Shown: piece by piece, positions 38,373 to 50,700 of the stretch
Numbering within the stretch: the first letter of the stretch is position 1
Layout of the letters: each line of letters opens with the position of its first letter
Source of the DNA: Callorhinchus milii
Lineage: Eukaryota
Direction of reading: 5' to 3'
Assembly (NCBI RefSeq): GCF_018977255.1
Contig: NW_024704742.1
Location: forward strand, 110,114,001-110,178,000
DNA: 64,000 nucleotides
The notes under the pieces: generated by a model
What the model was told of the DNA's origin: nothing
Database searches by the model: none
The model's input: the letters and a program-made list of their open reading frames with translations, nothing else
Translations under genes and position numbers: made by a program

Positions 38373-38997
38373 AGTAGGAGGGCAGTTGTTCACCAGTGCA
38401 TTGCATTGTGCAATCTTTGATTAACTTTTTTGTCTAGTGTTGATAATAATCACTCCGGCTTTTCATTTAGCTGATTCCATTCACTGGCACTGCACTGGAT
38501 CTAAAACCAGTTTTAATGTATCTTTGGCCAGTGTAATACAAAGTGTATTATTGTTGTCTAAAGAAGGTAAAGAGCATTGATTTTAGTTGAATCTTTCAGG
38601 TGTTTACTGAAAGATTTTTAGGTGTTTGCAGGCACTTCCCTTCCTTTCTGTTTTCTCTTGCTCATGCAGGATGAAATTATGATTGCAGAGGCACTGAATA
38701 TAAACATACAACTTGCAATTTAGTGTGAAAGGGACAGGAAGAAGTGAATGCTTGATCCAGATGCTGTTGCCTTTTCTGGTTTATCATGTAACCTCCCTGT
38801 TGTCTTGTAACGCCAATCTTTCGGACATCTTCCAAGCAATGGTGAGATAATAACAATCCTACAATGTTGACATGTTTCAAGGTGCTGCACCGTTTTCTGT
38901 AGTGTAGTGACTGTATATTTGTAGGTAAACAGGACCAATTTTACCTGGAGGATTGTGAGCCAAGGCATCAAAAGAAACTTCATTTTCCTTTTGAACA

Positions 38998-39285
38998 GTA
39001 ATAATAATAATTCTTGTTATTGCTTTTCATGTCAGGAGGACGGTTTAAAGAGCTTCACAGGATCTAATGTAAAGTGTATGATTTATAAGTCAACATGGCA
39101 GGATCTTTAACATCTGAACACGAAGATTGGACCTCAATTTTAACATTTCATCCAAAGCATAGTATGCCTGACAATATGGTGTTCCCCCAACACTACATTT
39201 CAGTATCAGCTAAGACTGATCTCAAAGCCACGATGTGGGGCTTAAACGCAACATCTTTGATTTAGAGTGACACCAACTGAGCCTA
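38998..39285 (-). mobile_element. Old Deu-domain SINE
   Basis: GGATCTTTAACATC..GGACCTCAATTTTAACATTTCATCC..CACCAACTGAGCC plus (TAA)n tail. Confidence 0.7.
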
Positions 39286-40461
39286 TGAGAATAAAGGTAG
39301 AATTATTGTACAGGCAAGATATCTCTGGGAAGGTGAGAGTTGTTGGGGAGATCATAAAATTATAGAACATTTGTAGCATAGAAAGAGGACATTAACAACA
39401 ACAACAAAATTCCATTTATAGAGCGCCTTTCACGTCGGGAGGACGTGTATTTACTCCTGGCTCTATCTATATTAATCCTATTCCTGTACTCTTTCTTCAT
39501 ACCCTTTATTATTGTCCATATTTCTGGAATATTATGGGAAACAATTGAAAATAGGTTTAATAAAATGAGTGACACAGACCCCCAGCTAGTTTTGGCACAA
39601 TGGATTGAACATTTAATATGAGAGCTGTATCCAGGCCAGCTCAGAATCCTAGCGAAGTTTAGGAAAAGGTCAGAATGTTTGCTGTTCCAATTTAATGTCA
39701 GATTTAGCAACCATAGCTTATGAATCTGTTGGCCATTTACAAGGTATCAATGGCAGGTATTAATGGCAAACTACTTAACAAACCTGAATATACCCTGTAA
39801 TTGGGGTGAAAAGGACTGACACAGATTCACTGCAGTTAAAAGAAAAGGAAACCAAATTAAAAAGGGGGGAGGGATTAAGGGAATTATCTGATAGATTAAA
39901 AACCACAAAGTGGCCTCTTCAAGGTGGCGATTGAATCGTCTCATTTCAATGTGAGGTTAGTGAGCCTTCTCCCCTAAGGATTCTTCATCTGATCTCTGTT
40001 CTACTTTCATCTCATATTTAAAATCCAGAATTTAATCGTGTTCGCCTCAGCTGCTGAAAAATATTTTTTTCTTTCTTTCCCGCTATGCAGGGTGCAATGG
40101 CTGGAGAATGCAGCACTCTAGGTGTCCCCTGTGATCTGGGGCTCAGTTAGTTCTTGCCCTCAGCTGGCATGTGGGGGATGTGTTGAGTGGTGAAGAGCTT
40201 CTCCAGAGAGACAGGGTGGAATAAATAAGACATTGATTCGGGCCTGCCTTTTCAAGTGCGCTTTCCAGCAACCAGTGCAAATAATAACCATGATTTATAC
40301 ATAGTTTTATTATTTTATTATAGTGCAGTATTTCCGTTGACCAAGTTGATTAAACAGTGAGTGCTGGTGCCACTATGGGGTGTAGGGTAACTACCCAGAT
40401 TGCACTGGGTTGCACTAAAATGTCTGTTGCATTCTTGTTGTGAGGTACTTTGATAGGGGTT

Positions 40462-40720
40462 ATAGAAATCATAGAATTTTACAGCACAGAGGAGGCCATT
40501 CGGCCAAATGTCCTTACGTGTTCTATTTCTTGCTAGGGTTAATTTTGCCTGAAAAATTTCCTTCCACTCCTCCACCCCACCTCAAGGAATATTCTGCTAT
40601 TCTTCCTTGACAATTTTCTGCTGTGAATTACAGTTGCGTGTAAAAACAAATGCATTGTAATTCACAGCTGAAAGATTCAAGGCCCTCCCCACCCGCTGTG
40701 TAAATGGGATTTACTATAAG
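40462..40720 (-). mobile_element. CR1 3' end fragments
   Basis: ATAGAAATCATAGAA tail, ACAGCACAGAGGAGGCCATTCGGCC. Confidence 0.65.
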
Positions 40721-40980
40721 CACTGCTCCACATTGAAAGTGAATCTATGCATGTATGCACTCAGAACAAGGCTCAGTGAAGTAAAGCACTGTGACCAATG
40801 CAGTTTCACCTGTTCCCCCTCTCCGATTGATCTTGTTCTGCTGTTTAGCCCTTACTGCAATTTTCAATTTCAGGCTTTTTCTCTGGTTTATTTTGCCTAC
40901 AGCCACCCTAGAATGTAGTGCATATGTCTGATATCATACTGATAAGTAGGAGGGGAAATATTTATAATGAGCACTCTATG

Positions 40981-41096
40981 GCAAAACTTTAGGCAAGTTT
41001 CCTTACTCCATAATCCTCTGTTTACCAAGCAGCAAGTAGGAACCTGATTGTTCGTTAATTCGCGGATCGCTTTTCCGGGAGTAATAATCTGTTCAA
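40981..41096 (+). mobile_element. Internal fragment of the long SINE subfamily
   Basis: GGCAAGTTTCCTTACTCCA..CTGTTTACC..GGATCGCTTTTCCGGGAGTAATAATC. Confidence 0.8.
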
Positions 41097-41136
41097 TCTT
41101 CCTTGAATTAGCTGATCAATTGTGAGACCAACAAGA

Positions 41137-41259
41137 CCTTAGCCTTAGCGCAACATTTCTTGCATTTAAGTTTGTGTAGAATTTTTCAATATTCTTAAAT
41201 TCAATCTGAATTTGGAAGCTGCTTTTCTGCAGTTCTTTTTAAGATCTGTGGAAAACTGC
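41137..41259. repeat. Palindromic element, copy 4 (left arm and centre only)
   Basis: CTTAGCCTTAG...TTTAAGTTTGTGTAGAATTT...TGTGGAAAACTG aligns by eye to the left half and centre of 49589-49788. Confidence 0.55.
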
Positions 41260-41269
41260 ATGTCTTTGC

Positions 41270-42440
41270 GCTTTTGATCACTAACCAGCAACCTCTCTTG
41301 AAGCTATGGTTTTGTGGGCAAACTGTTGGCATGATCTCCCCAAAGCCTATTGCCAAGATTCACACATCCGAGTGATCAAGGGGAGCATCATCAGAAGCTC
41401 TGTGTAATCCAGTCCAGCCACTTTTACTTAGTAAAGTAAACTCATGTTAGCTTTGTTTTTTTCCACAAAATTCTTTCATTTAATCAATGTCTTCAGAAAG
41501 ATCTTTGTTAATTGATCAAAGTATCATACGCACATTGGGGTCGAGACGCAGCACTCACAACAGGATTCACAAAGAATTCATAAATATTGAATCCAACCTG
41601 TAACTGGGTCTATGTTAACACTTGGGAATTCCACTCAAACACTATCTACTTCCGGGCACATTCCAGTGGGGTGTCGTGGAGCACGTTTGATTACTGGCAC
41701 GATTCAATATTCACAAATTCTGCTGTAATATTTTATAGGCAGCACATTCGCAAATAAACCTCGGAGGCTCCTGAATGTCGTGACCCATCAGAGAGGTTTT
41801 AAGGGAATAGAGAAACCAGATGTCAATAATTTCCCTGTATCTGGCTTTGATGTGACTTAAGTTTCTAATAGGTGGTTGAGAAACTTCCTTTCTTATAATT
41901 GGCAGTTATTAGAGACAATAGATGTTGATCGGTGATAAGTGTGACATTTAGGTGAATATTAGCTTCCAGGTATGGGACGTAGTCGGAAAAAGACCCAGAA
42001 TATCATTCTGTGGTCTTCTTGTACGTATCATGTTATCTGTTCATTTGATTGGTGTAAGGTGATCGTTGGTCAATGTTGTAAGAATATGTCACTTGAAAAA
42101 AAGGTTTCTCTAAGTAAACAGGAGGTAGACTGATTTGATTGTAATTTTACACTAGGGCTGCTCCAGGGCAGTTCACGCACTCTTTAGCTGCCAAGTGGAA
42201 TATTTTGCGCAGCCTTTGTATGCACAAGCATTTGTTTCCCTATAAAGGATCCAATGGACCATTCCTTGGACAGAGTGTAGGATTCTGTATCCGTGCATTT
42301 TTCAAGCCAGTTAGTCTTAACGTATTCACTCCTGGCAACAACGTTCAAATTCATTATGGCACTATGCCAAAAGGAAAGATCCAAAACATCATTGGTACTG
42401 GCTTAACCCTTTGTAGACTGTGGGAGTTTTAGGCAATTCA
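41270..42440 (-). mobile_element. Ancient, deletion-eroded Ty3/Gypsy pol fossil (RT-RNaseH-integrase order)
   Basis: Minus strand across frameshifts: FWIFPFGI (~42370, RT PFG), IFWVFFRLRP-YLEA..VTLITDQHLLSLI (~42005-41910, RNase H), GIPKC (~41625) and ELLMMLPL (~41390) (integrase). Confidence 0.5.
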
Positions 42441-42907
42441 CCATATTTGACAGTTACTGCTAGATTCTGGTCTTCCCTAAAATTTACTAGGAATTGCTTC
42501 AAGATTGTTACGAACAACCATTTTTAATCCCTGACATCAGATTTATTTATGCTTGGAATATATTTCTTATGCAGAATGTACATTTTATATTCATTTAATT
42601 TACAGAATGCCACCAAGTCCAGGGAAATTCTTGCCATTGGAATGACCTGTTTTGTTAATTTTGACCTCATGCACTGTGGTATCGAAACAAATAGCAATAT
42701 AATAATAATCCCTGCAGTTGATATACACCTTATAAAGTCTTCGAGACATCTCAAAGCGCTTCACAGAATATACTGTATATAATAGAATATCAAAGCAATG
42801 AACCTATTCAAATATCAGGCATAAGTTTTTATTACTGTTATGTTAAACTATAAATATAAGCTGTTAAAATGTAATCGTAATGAAAGAAACCATTTTGATC
42901 ACTTTAG

Positions 42908-42961
42908 TTCTGATTGCTCCGCTTGTCTATTTTCCTCTCTTCTCTTATTCTTTAGGTAAGA
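42908..42961 (+). other. Candidate recursive splice site (3'SS immediately followed by 5'SS)
   Basis: ttctgAt branch-like motif (A at 42913), 46-nt AG-free pyrimidine-rich tract, then TTTAG|GTAAGA (AG 42954-42955, GT 42956-42957). Confidence 0.4.
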
Positions 42962-43009
42962 AATGCAACCCAAGATTTGTTAATTAACACTGGTGTTGTT
43001 TATCAGATC

Positions 43010-43345
43010 ATGTCAGCCTGGTTTAGTTGGTAGTACTGTTTCCTCTGAGGCAGAGGAAATGGTTGTGGGTTCAAGACCTATGTCGGGACTTGGAACTCAT
43101 GTTGGCTAAGCTGGGGTTTGCTGCATTTGTGGAGGTGCCATCCTTATGAAGAGACAAAATAAAACAAGGTCCCATCTGCTTGTTCAGATAGATGTTAAAT
43201 AAAGGGAATTTCTCCCTGTGTACTGGCAAACAATCCCTCAAAAATAAAAAAAACACTCATTCAATGGCTGTTTGTGGGGCATTACTGTGCGTAAATTAGC
43301 TGCCAAATTTGCCTACAAAATACAGAGTCACTATACTTTACAGCA
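43010..43345 (+). mobile_element. Old Deu-domain SINE
   Basis: GGTTTAGTTGGTAG..GGGTTCAAGACC head; GGAGGTGCCATCCTTATGAAGAGAC..AGGTCCCATCTG core. Confidence 0.75.
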
Positions 43346-44619
43346 TATCCACTCAACCACATTGTAAGGTAGAAGGTTAAATTAAAGTATTAATATTATT
43401 ATTATTATTGACAACATGCTGCCATCCCCTCACTCTATCACAATGGTGGGCACAAAACTAATTGTTGGTACCCATTGAACTTGGCAGCCTACAGATTGTG
43501 GCATTACTTAATGGTACAAGTGGCAACTGAGCATTTCTCACCTGGGTAAACCCAGCAGGTGGTTTATAAAATAATCCATGAGTTCCTGTAGGAGTACTAT
43601 CAGAATACATTATCGCTCAATAAATATTTCAGAAACCCTTTGGAACACCACTCCTGAATAACAAACAATAGATGTGAAATTTCTAAATTTCTAAAAACAG
43701 TTGAAATTCACTGGGATTACACGAGACTGTATTGTCGACCAGAAACATGGTAAAAGCCTTTGAAAGTGAACAGCTGCTGGTAAACGTTCCCTTTCTCCAA
43801 TAGTTTTCATTACACAGACTGTCAGATGTGCAGAGAAGGAATTGTTGCCTGAGCAAATATTCTCTCTCAGGCAAACAAACTCATTAACTGGGTTTCCATT
43901 AACAGGCTTCTGTTGCATGCAAAATTACTTTTGGTATGTCATGCCCCTGTCTGATCACATACTTGCAGTGAAGCTCGCCATAACGTCTGGGATAAGGGAA
44001 TATGTCGCATTGAAGAGATTTTTTAAAACACACACTATGCATTAAATTTAACTTTACTTTTGGTTAATTGCTGCTGTTGCTTGTCACAATACTCGTAACA
44101 ACTGCTATTATTGGCTCCTTTGAACCTCTAATACCATGTGCTTAAGGTGAACTTTATTGTTAGAAAGTTTTGGTGATAAATATGATTTTCGTAACATGTA
44201 ATGAGCTCTGAGATTTCTTTTTCTCCTTGACATATTTTAATATCCCAGGCACTAGGACTCTAGGACATGTAGGGTAAATTATCATAATAATAATCCTTGC
44301 ATTTGATATAGTGCTTTATCACATAATCAAAATGTCTCAAAGAGCTTTACAGAATTTATTGCAGAGTGTAGTAACTGTGTACTTTGTAGGTCAATTCTGA
44401 GCCACTCCCAGGCTTCTGTCCATGCTGCTCTGAGACTTTTTTGTTAGGATAATGTTATCAGTGGTTCAGGAGACTAGCCTGATTTTTGCCTCGCTGCTTC
44501 CCTTCAACGGCAGCACAAAGATCATGAAGTTATCAGGTGAGGAGTTAAGAGTACGAGCAATGCCTGTCCTGGCTATGACACAGTGTGTCAGAACAGAGAG
44601 CTACCTTGGTGTCAGGGAG

Positions 44620-44945
44620 AGCAAGAACTTGCATTTTTATGGCACGTTATCAGATTTAAACATTCAAAGCACTTCATATATAATGACTGTCAAGTACAGT
44701 GACTTTTTTGAAGATAAACGTTGCAGGCATTTAAAACAGCAAAATCGTATCAACAGCCATGAAATTAAACTCTCTTCTCTTTTTGAACAGTATTGAATCT
44801 TCTACATCCACCTAAACAGGTAGACAAGACCTCAGGCCAATAGCAACTTATCAACAATGCCCGGATTATGAATTCAAGTGCTGACATGAGGTTTGTACCC
44901 ACAATCCCCTGACCCATTCGTGAGAGTGCTACCCAGCCCAGTCTT
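44620..44945 (-). mobile_element. Old Deu-domain SINE, deleted
   Basis: CTACATCCACCTAAACAGGTAGACAAGACCTC..TGAGAGTGCTACCCAGCCCAG. Confidence 0.6.
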
Positions 44946-47189
44946 ACGAAACATGTAATGAAGAACACAGCACCATAACAATTCCCAGGTAATCTACAAT
45001 AAAACGTATTGTTATAAATGATCTTTATTTCAAGAATCTTTACCTCTAAATCTTTTGGTTCTTTAAAATGTAAATTATGGATGCTTTTGAATGATTTACT
45101 GTCACTGGCCATAACATGTTCAAACAAAACCTGCGCTGCTTGGGAGGTGGGGCGTAATAGTGTGAGTTCCTTTACTTCTAGTATTAATCACAAACGAAAA
45201 ATTGCAACAAAATCTGCTATCCTTGTGTGCACAATTGAGATTTGCTCTAACAATATCAGGATGTTATTTGTAGGAGAAGCTCTTCCCATATCACTCCTGT
45301 AGAGAAATGTATGCACGGACCCAATACCTAGCTATCGTCTTCCACAATGCCAACCCTAACTTTCTGCCAATTGAGTTGGTACTCATGCCAACTAGTGAGT
45401 GGCACTGAACAATAAATCCCACCAGCATGCTTGAGTAAGGTCTGTTATGACTCAGAGAGCGGCATACACTGACAGGGCCAAAGAGAGGAAAGAGAGAGAG
45501 TGAGAGCGAGAAAGATTGAGTTAAGCACAAGGGAAAAAATTGTGTTGCTGAACAAGAGAATTAGAAAAAAGCTCTCTGGCAGTCTAATTCAATAATCTGA
45601 GTTGGTAAGTCAATTACGTGTTGGTGTTAGCTCCGGGCCCAACCATGAGTTGGGGGAGGTCATATTCCTGGACAATTTTCAATCGTATGTTAATTGACAG
45701 GTTGCAATTTTCATCCTAATATTTGTCTTGTTCAATTCCTTTTAAATGTATGGAGCTCAAACCAGCAGTCAGCCTGAAGTAGGAGAAGCACATTCACTCA
45801 GCAGAAAAAATGCAGAGTGAGTTTACAGGAGAGGATCTGAAGCAAGGAGTGGCTATTCATGATAGGGTTAGAGCCGGTAGTCAATGGAATGAAAACAACT
45901 TAGACTGTGGCCCAACAGGAATAAACTACTTTATTTTCATTTTAGGAATACATTTTACTGCAGAACTCATCGGGTATGAGAAAAGTAAGTGACAAACGTA
46001 GAGTCTTTTAGTCAAGAGAAAGTGGTGTTCTCTTGCTTTATTCTGTCTGTGTGTGTAAGAGAACTCCCTAGTTAAATGTAATACATTCCAGTTCATTTCT
46101 ATATGGTTAATAAAGTTTGAGTCATCAGCATGTCAAACCACATTACGAAATTCTGGCATCAGTTTACAACCTTCCATAGAGATATCTGCACTTATTTTTC
46201 ATGAATTATTCAACAAACTATTAGGATGCTAAACTGTTTGGAACCACAGATAAAAAGTTGGAACAGCTGAAATATTCATAATCTACAGAGCAGTAAAATT
46301 TATGTTCTTTTGGTTTTGACTGACAATGATAAATTCCAGTTGTGTAGTATCAAGTCCCCTCTGCCAGGGTCAAACATTTGAGTAGAGGCTTCAGTTATAT
46401 CATGTAATGGCAAATTTTGGAAAAGTCTACCACTGGCAGCCAAAAAGTACGCAAACTTGACAGATTCGACCTTGTGATTCTGAATGGAAAATTTCCAAAC
46501 TCTTCTGTATCGAGGGAGAAGCAGGAAGGCAGGATGCTCTCATGCTCGAGTGAAAGAATCACTCCGAAGAAAGGAAGAAATTAAATTTTTTTTTAAAAAA
46601 ATTATATTTAGGTGTCTTTTAATCTAAGAAGACTATTTGTCAATAATTGCATTCAATAATTGCACTTCACTGGCAAAAATCACTTACAAATATAGAGTCA
46701 CTACTGTAAAATCCTGTGCATTGAGCCGTTTCAAGGTTGTGATAAGGCTCTATATCAAATGTGAAGATTATTATTATTAGATTATCAACAATATATATTT
46801 TTTAATCCAGGAAATTGCTCACACTGTGGCAGTAAATGCTCACACTGTGCCTTGATTTGGCCACTTTTCAAAAAAGATCCCTTAAAAATTCTTGGACTGT
46901 CCAATGTTTTTATAAGGTAATTTTAATAGTATTAAAAGGCTGAACCCACAAGCAGCTCTTCAATCGCATTAAGAAACAAACTGGTATTAACCCGCTAATA
47001 GTGGATACCTGCACATGTGCTGAGTTGGGCATGCAGAGGTATCTGAGCTCCTGAGTGAGAATCAGGTTCCTTATTCTGAAATGCCTGACAACTGTTAGTA
47101 ATTTTAAATTGTTTGCAGTCAAAGAATCTTGCTATTCATATAGCCATTAATAATAATACTACTAATCATAATAATCCCTGCAACTGATA

Positions 47190-48677
47190 ACACCATCCTT
47201 CTTCACCGTCTCTCCTCCCTCATCTACCTTATACATAATATAATAATCATCATCCTTGCATTTAATATAGCGCTTTTCACGTCTTCTCGACGTTTCAAAG
47301 CGCTTCACAGAATACACTGTAAAGTGAATTGATTGTATATTTGTGGGCGAAACGCAGCAGCCAATTGCGCACAGCAGTGTCCCACAAACAGTCGTGGATT
47401 GAAAATGACCAATTTATTATTGTTTTGTTTCGGAAGGATTATTATTAGGCGTGTGGAGTAAGGAAACTTGCCCAAGGTTTCACCCTGCCTGGAATTGAAC
47501 CCAGGTGTCTCACTTGCAAGGTAAGTGCTCTAACCACTGAGCTACAGGACTCCACCTTAGATGAGGGATTGCGCTTGCATGATTCGAATCCTACTGAACC
47601 TACCCCCTCCACTTCATCTCGGCAAATGGTTTGTCCTCCCGCCCCCGCCTGGTCACCTGTGGGGTACCCAGGGGTCCATCCTTGGTCCTCTTCTTTTCCT
47701 CATCGATATGCTCCCCCTTGGTAATGCCATCCGCAGACACGGGGTAAACTTCCACATGTATGCGGATGACACCCCAAATCTTTGCCTGCTCCACTGTTGA
47801 CTCCAGGCCTGCCAATGTTCATCAGCTTGTCTGGCAGACATCAAGGATGATTTCAAACTTCCTGCATCTGAATGTGGGCAAGATAGAAGCCATACTCCTT
47901 GGCTTCCATCAACATCTTCCCTCCTGCGGATTTGACCTCCTAAACCTCCCTCGGCTCTCCCTCAGACTCACCGAACCAGTGTCCCATCTAGGTATCTTGT
48001 TCAAGTTCCAGTTGCCCTTCCTTCCACACATCCAGTCCTTAACCAGGGCTGTCTTCATCCACCTCCGCCACCTTGCCCGTCTCCGACCGCACCTTACCCC
48101 AAATGCAGCCGAACTGTCGTGCATGTGTTTGTCACCTCCAGCCTGGATTACTCAAATGTACTCCTCGTCGGTCTCCCCAGCTCCACTATTCAAAAAATGC
48201 AACTCATTCAATCCGGCATACTTACCCGGACCGAATTCCGTACCTACATCTCATCAGTTCTGACCAGGCTCCACTGGCTCCCCATCATCGAACAGATTGA
48301 CTTCAAGATCTTCATGCTCGTGTTCAAATCCCTTCACTCCCTGGCACTTCCCTCCCTCTCTGGCATCCTCACTCCCCAATCCAGCACCTGGCGCCTCCAC
48401 TCGACTGGCACCAGCCTCCTGCTTGTTCCTCACCCCTTCTGCTCCACCATTGGAGGTCGCACATTCAGCCACTATGCCCCGAAACACTGGAACATTCTCT
48501 CAAACCCTCCGCCTTGCCCCTCTCTCCCCTTTTTCAAGTCGTGCCTGAAAACCTTCCTTTTCAACTGGCCACCTCCTCCCCCCCCATCCCAGCTTGGATT
48601 CAGGCTCCGCCACTTTTATGCGCTCTGAGACTACCCTGAGTGGAGGGTGCTCTATAAGTACAAGTTGTTGTTGTTGT
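47190..48677 (+). mobile_element. 5'-truncated L2 LINE (RT 3' half plus 3'UTR), inactivated, interrupted by a SINE
   Basis: TILLHRLSS | [55 protein letters not shown] in shifting frames; ends in (GTT)n. Confidence 0.93.
47233..47553 (-). mobile_element. Full-length short SINE inserted in L2, TSD ACCTTA
   Basis: ACCTTA at 47226-47231 and 47554-47559; L2 coding similarity on both sides. Confidence 0.92.
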
Positions 48678-48760
48678 TACATTTGAAAATGTGGTAATCA
48701 ATTTATGCACAGCAATGTCCCACAAATAGCCATGGAGTGAGTGACCAATTTTATTACAGT

Positions 48761-49127
48761 GAAGACCTGCAGCTCAGCGGTTAGAACACTCGCCTCACGA
48801 CTGAGAGACCTGGGTTTGATTCCTGCCAGGGTGAAATGTTGGGCAAGTCTCCTTACTCCACATGCCTCTGTTTACTTAGAAGTAAATAGGAACCTGGTTG
48901 TTAGTTAATTGGCAGATCGCTTTTCCGGGGATAATAATCCCTTAAAAAAATTATAAACTGGTCATTTCAATCCATGACTGTTTGTGGGACACTGCTGTGC
49001 GCAATTGGTTTCCGATTTTCACCCACAAAATATACAATTCACTTAACAGTATATTCTGTGAAGCACTTTGAGGCGTCTCGAACACGTGATAAGGCGCAAT
49101 ATCAAGTGCAAGGATTATTATTATTAT
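48761..49127 (+). mobile_element. Full-length long-subfamily SINE inserted in a minus-strand Deu-SINE (48680-48755 and 49128-49340)
   Basis: Complete head to tail; the flanks read as contiguous Deu-SINE (TGACCAATT..|..GGGCAGGACACCAGGAGAAACTCCC..TTTAACGTCTCA). Confidence 0.88.
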
Positions 49128-49588
49128 TTGGTTGATTGTTGGGCAGGACACCAGGAGAAACTCCCTTCTCTTTTCATATAGTGGCATGGCATCTTTGATG
49201 TCCACCTGGACATGGAGGCGGGATGTCAGTTTAACGTCTCAACCAAAGGACGGTACCTGTGACAATTAAATCTTCCCCCGCCACCGCCCCCACAGCTACA
49301 CTGGATACTACATTGGAGTATTGACATAGCCTAGACTATGAGTAAGAACCTAAGAGAAGAAAAAAAAGCCCATTGAATCACTTGCAGTCTGTCATCCACA
49401 CTCTGCCTCAGGACCCACCTGCCAACAAACAGGAAGTGACAAGAACAGGACTTTACTCCAATATTATGCCATTTTCCCTCAGACATATACTCACATTAAA
49501 CAACTTTGAAGCAAAATCAATGCGAAGAAGTCTCTTCATGCAGAGACTGCAGTTTGTGCAGATCCTTGGCCCCAAATGTCTCAAAGCT

Positions 49589-49788
49589 TTAGCCTTAAGC
49601 CCATTGTCTTACATTTTAAGATTGTGCAGAATTTGGGATTTTTTTCAATTCAGTCTTAATTTTGAAGTTGTTTTTTCTGCAGCTATTTTACAATAGTGTG
49701 GAAAACTGGCTTCAAAATTAAGGCTGAATTCAAGACTTTTGCAAATTTCTGCACAACTTCAATTTTAAGACAGTGGCTTTAAGGCTAA
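49589..49788. repeat. Palindromic (hairpin) element, copy 5, best preserved (200 bp, ~100-bp arms)
   Basis: TTAGCCTTAAGCCCATTGTCTTA...TTGTGCAGAA...AATTCAGTCTTAATTTTGAAG is mirrored by CTTCAAAATTAAGGCTGAATT...TTCTGCACAA...TAAGACAGTGGCTTTAAGGCTAA. Confidence 0.8.
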
Positions 49789-50474
49789 GATCTGGTGGAA
49801 TTTTAGGTCGCATCTGTTCAGAAAACTTCCATCTGACTGGTTTGTTTTTAGTTGTACAGAACAGGAAAATGTATTATGCAAAGATTTAGACCAGAGAGAA
49901 TTGCAAACATCACACAATCTGAGAGCAGCGCTATTGTTTTGATGCAGTTGTGAGATTTGTACACTGCCTTTTCTTCCTTTCCTCTCAAGCCATGATTCTT
50001 TCAAAAAAAAATCCTTCTCAAGTCTCTCATGTTTGTTGATGAGTAAGTAATTTCAGGAAACACATAAATAGAAATAGAGTCACTGAGCATGAAAACTGTG
50101 ACTAAAAGTGGGGCACTGAGCAGAACATTGGGTTTGATTCTGTGCTGTCACCTTGGGACCTACATTTGAGACCTACCCAAACTGATAGAATACAAATCCT
50201 TCAGACTATAAATGTTCTACAGGAAAAAATTTGGGGCAGACTCAACCCAGTTCTTACTGAGCATGGCCCACGTTCTCTAATTTGGAACTAATGTGTACTA
50301 AATGGGAACCACACTCAAATAGGCCACAGGATGGATGGAGCAGGAAATGGCATGTCAAGTGGTGCAGCAGTGAACATTGCTCCTGTGAGTTTGCGGAAGT
50401 CGGATGTGAAATATTCTGTTCAGCATAACACGGAGCTCTTGTAAGCTTATCTCTGATAAAGCCCAAGGTTTTTC

Positions 50475-50700
50475 GGCAGGGTGAAACCTTGGGCAAGTTT
50501 CCTTACTCCACATGCCTGATAATAATCCCTCAAGAAAAAAAAAGCAATAATAAATTGGTCACTTCAATCCATAGCTGTTTGTGGGGATGCTGCTGTGCGC
50601 AATTGACTGGGACATTTAACCCCACAAATATACAGTCAATTCACTTTACAGTCTATTCTGTGAAGCGCTTTGAGACGTCTAGAAGACGTTATTATTATTA
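50475..50700 (+). mobile_element. 5'-truncated short SINE with a tail deletion
   Basis: Body matches; jumps from GAAGACG directly to (TTA)n. Confidence 0.88.

Noticed and set aside
47561..48628. RT-bearing ORFs as an active or domesticated gene
   Set aside because: Multiple frameshifts and stops, 5' truncation and a SINE insertion.
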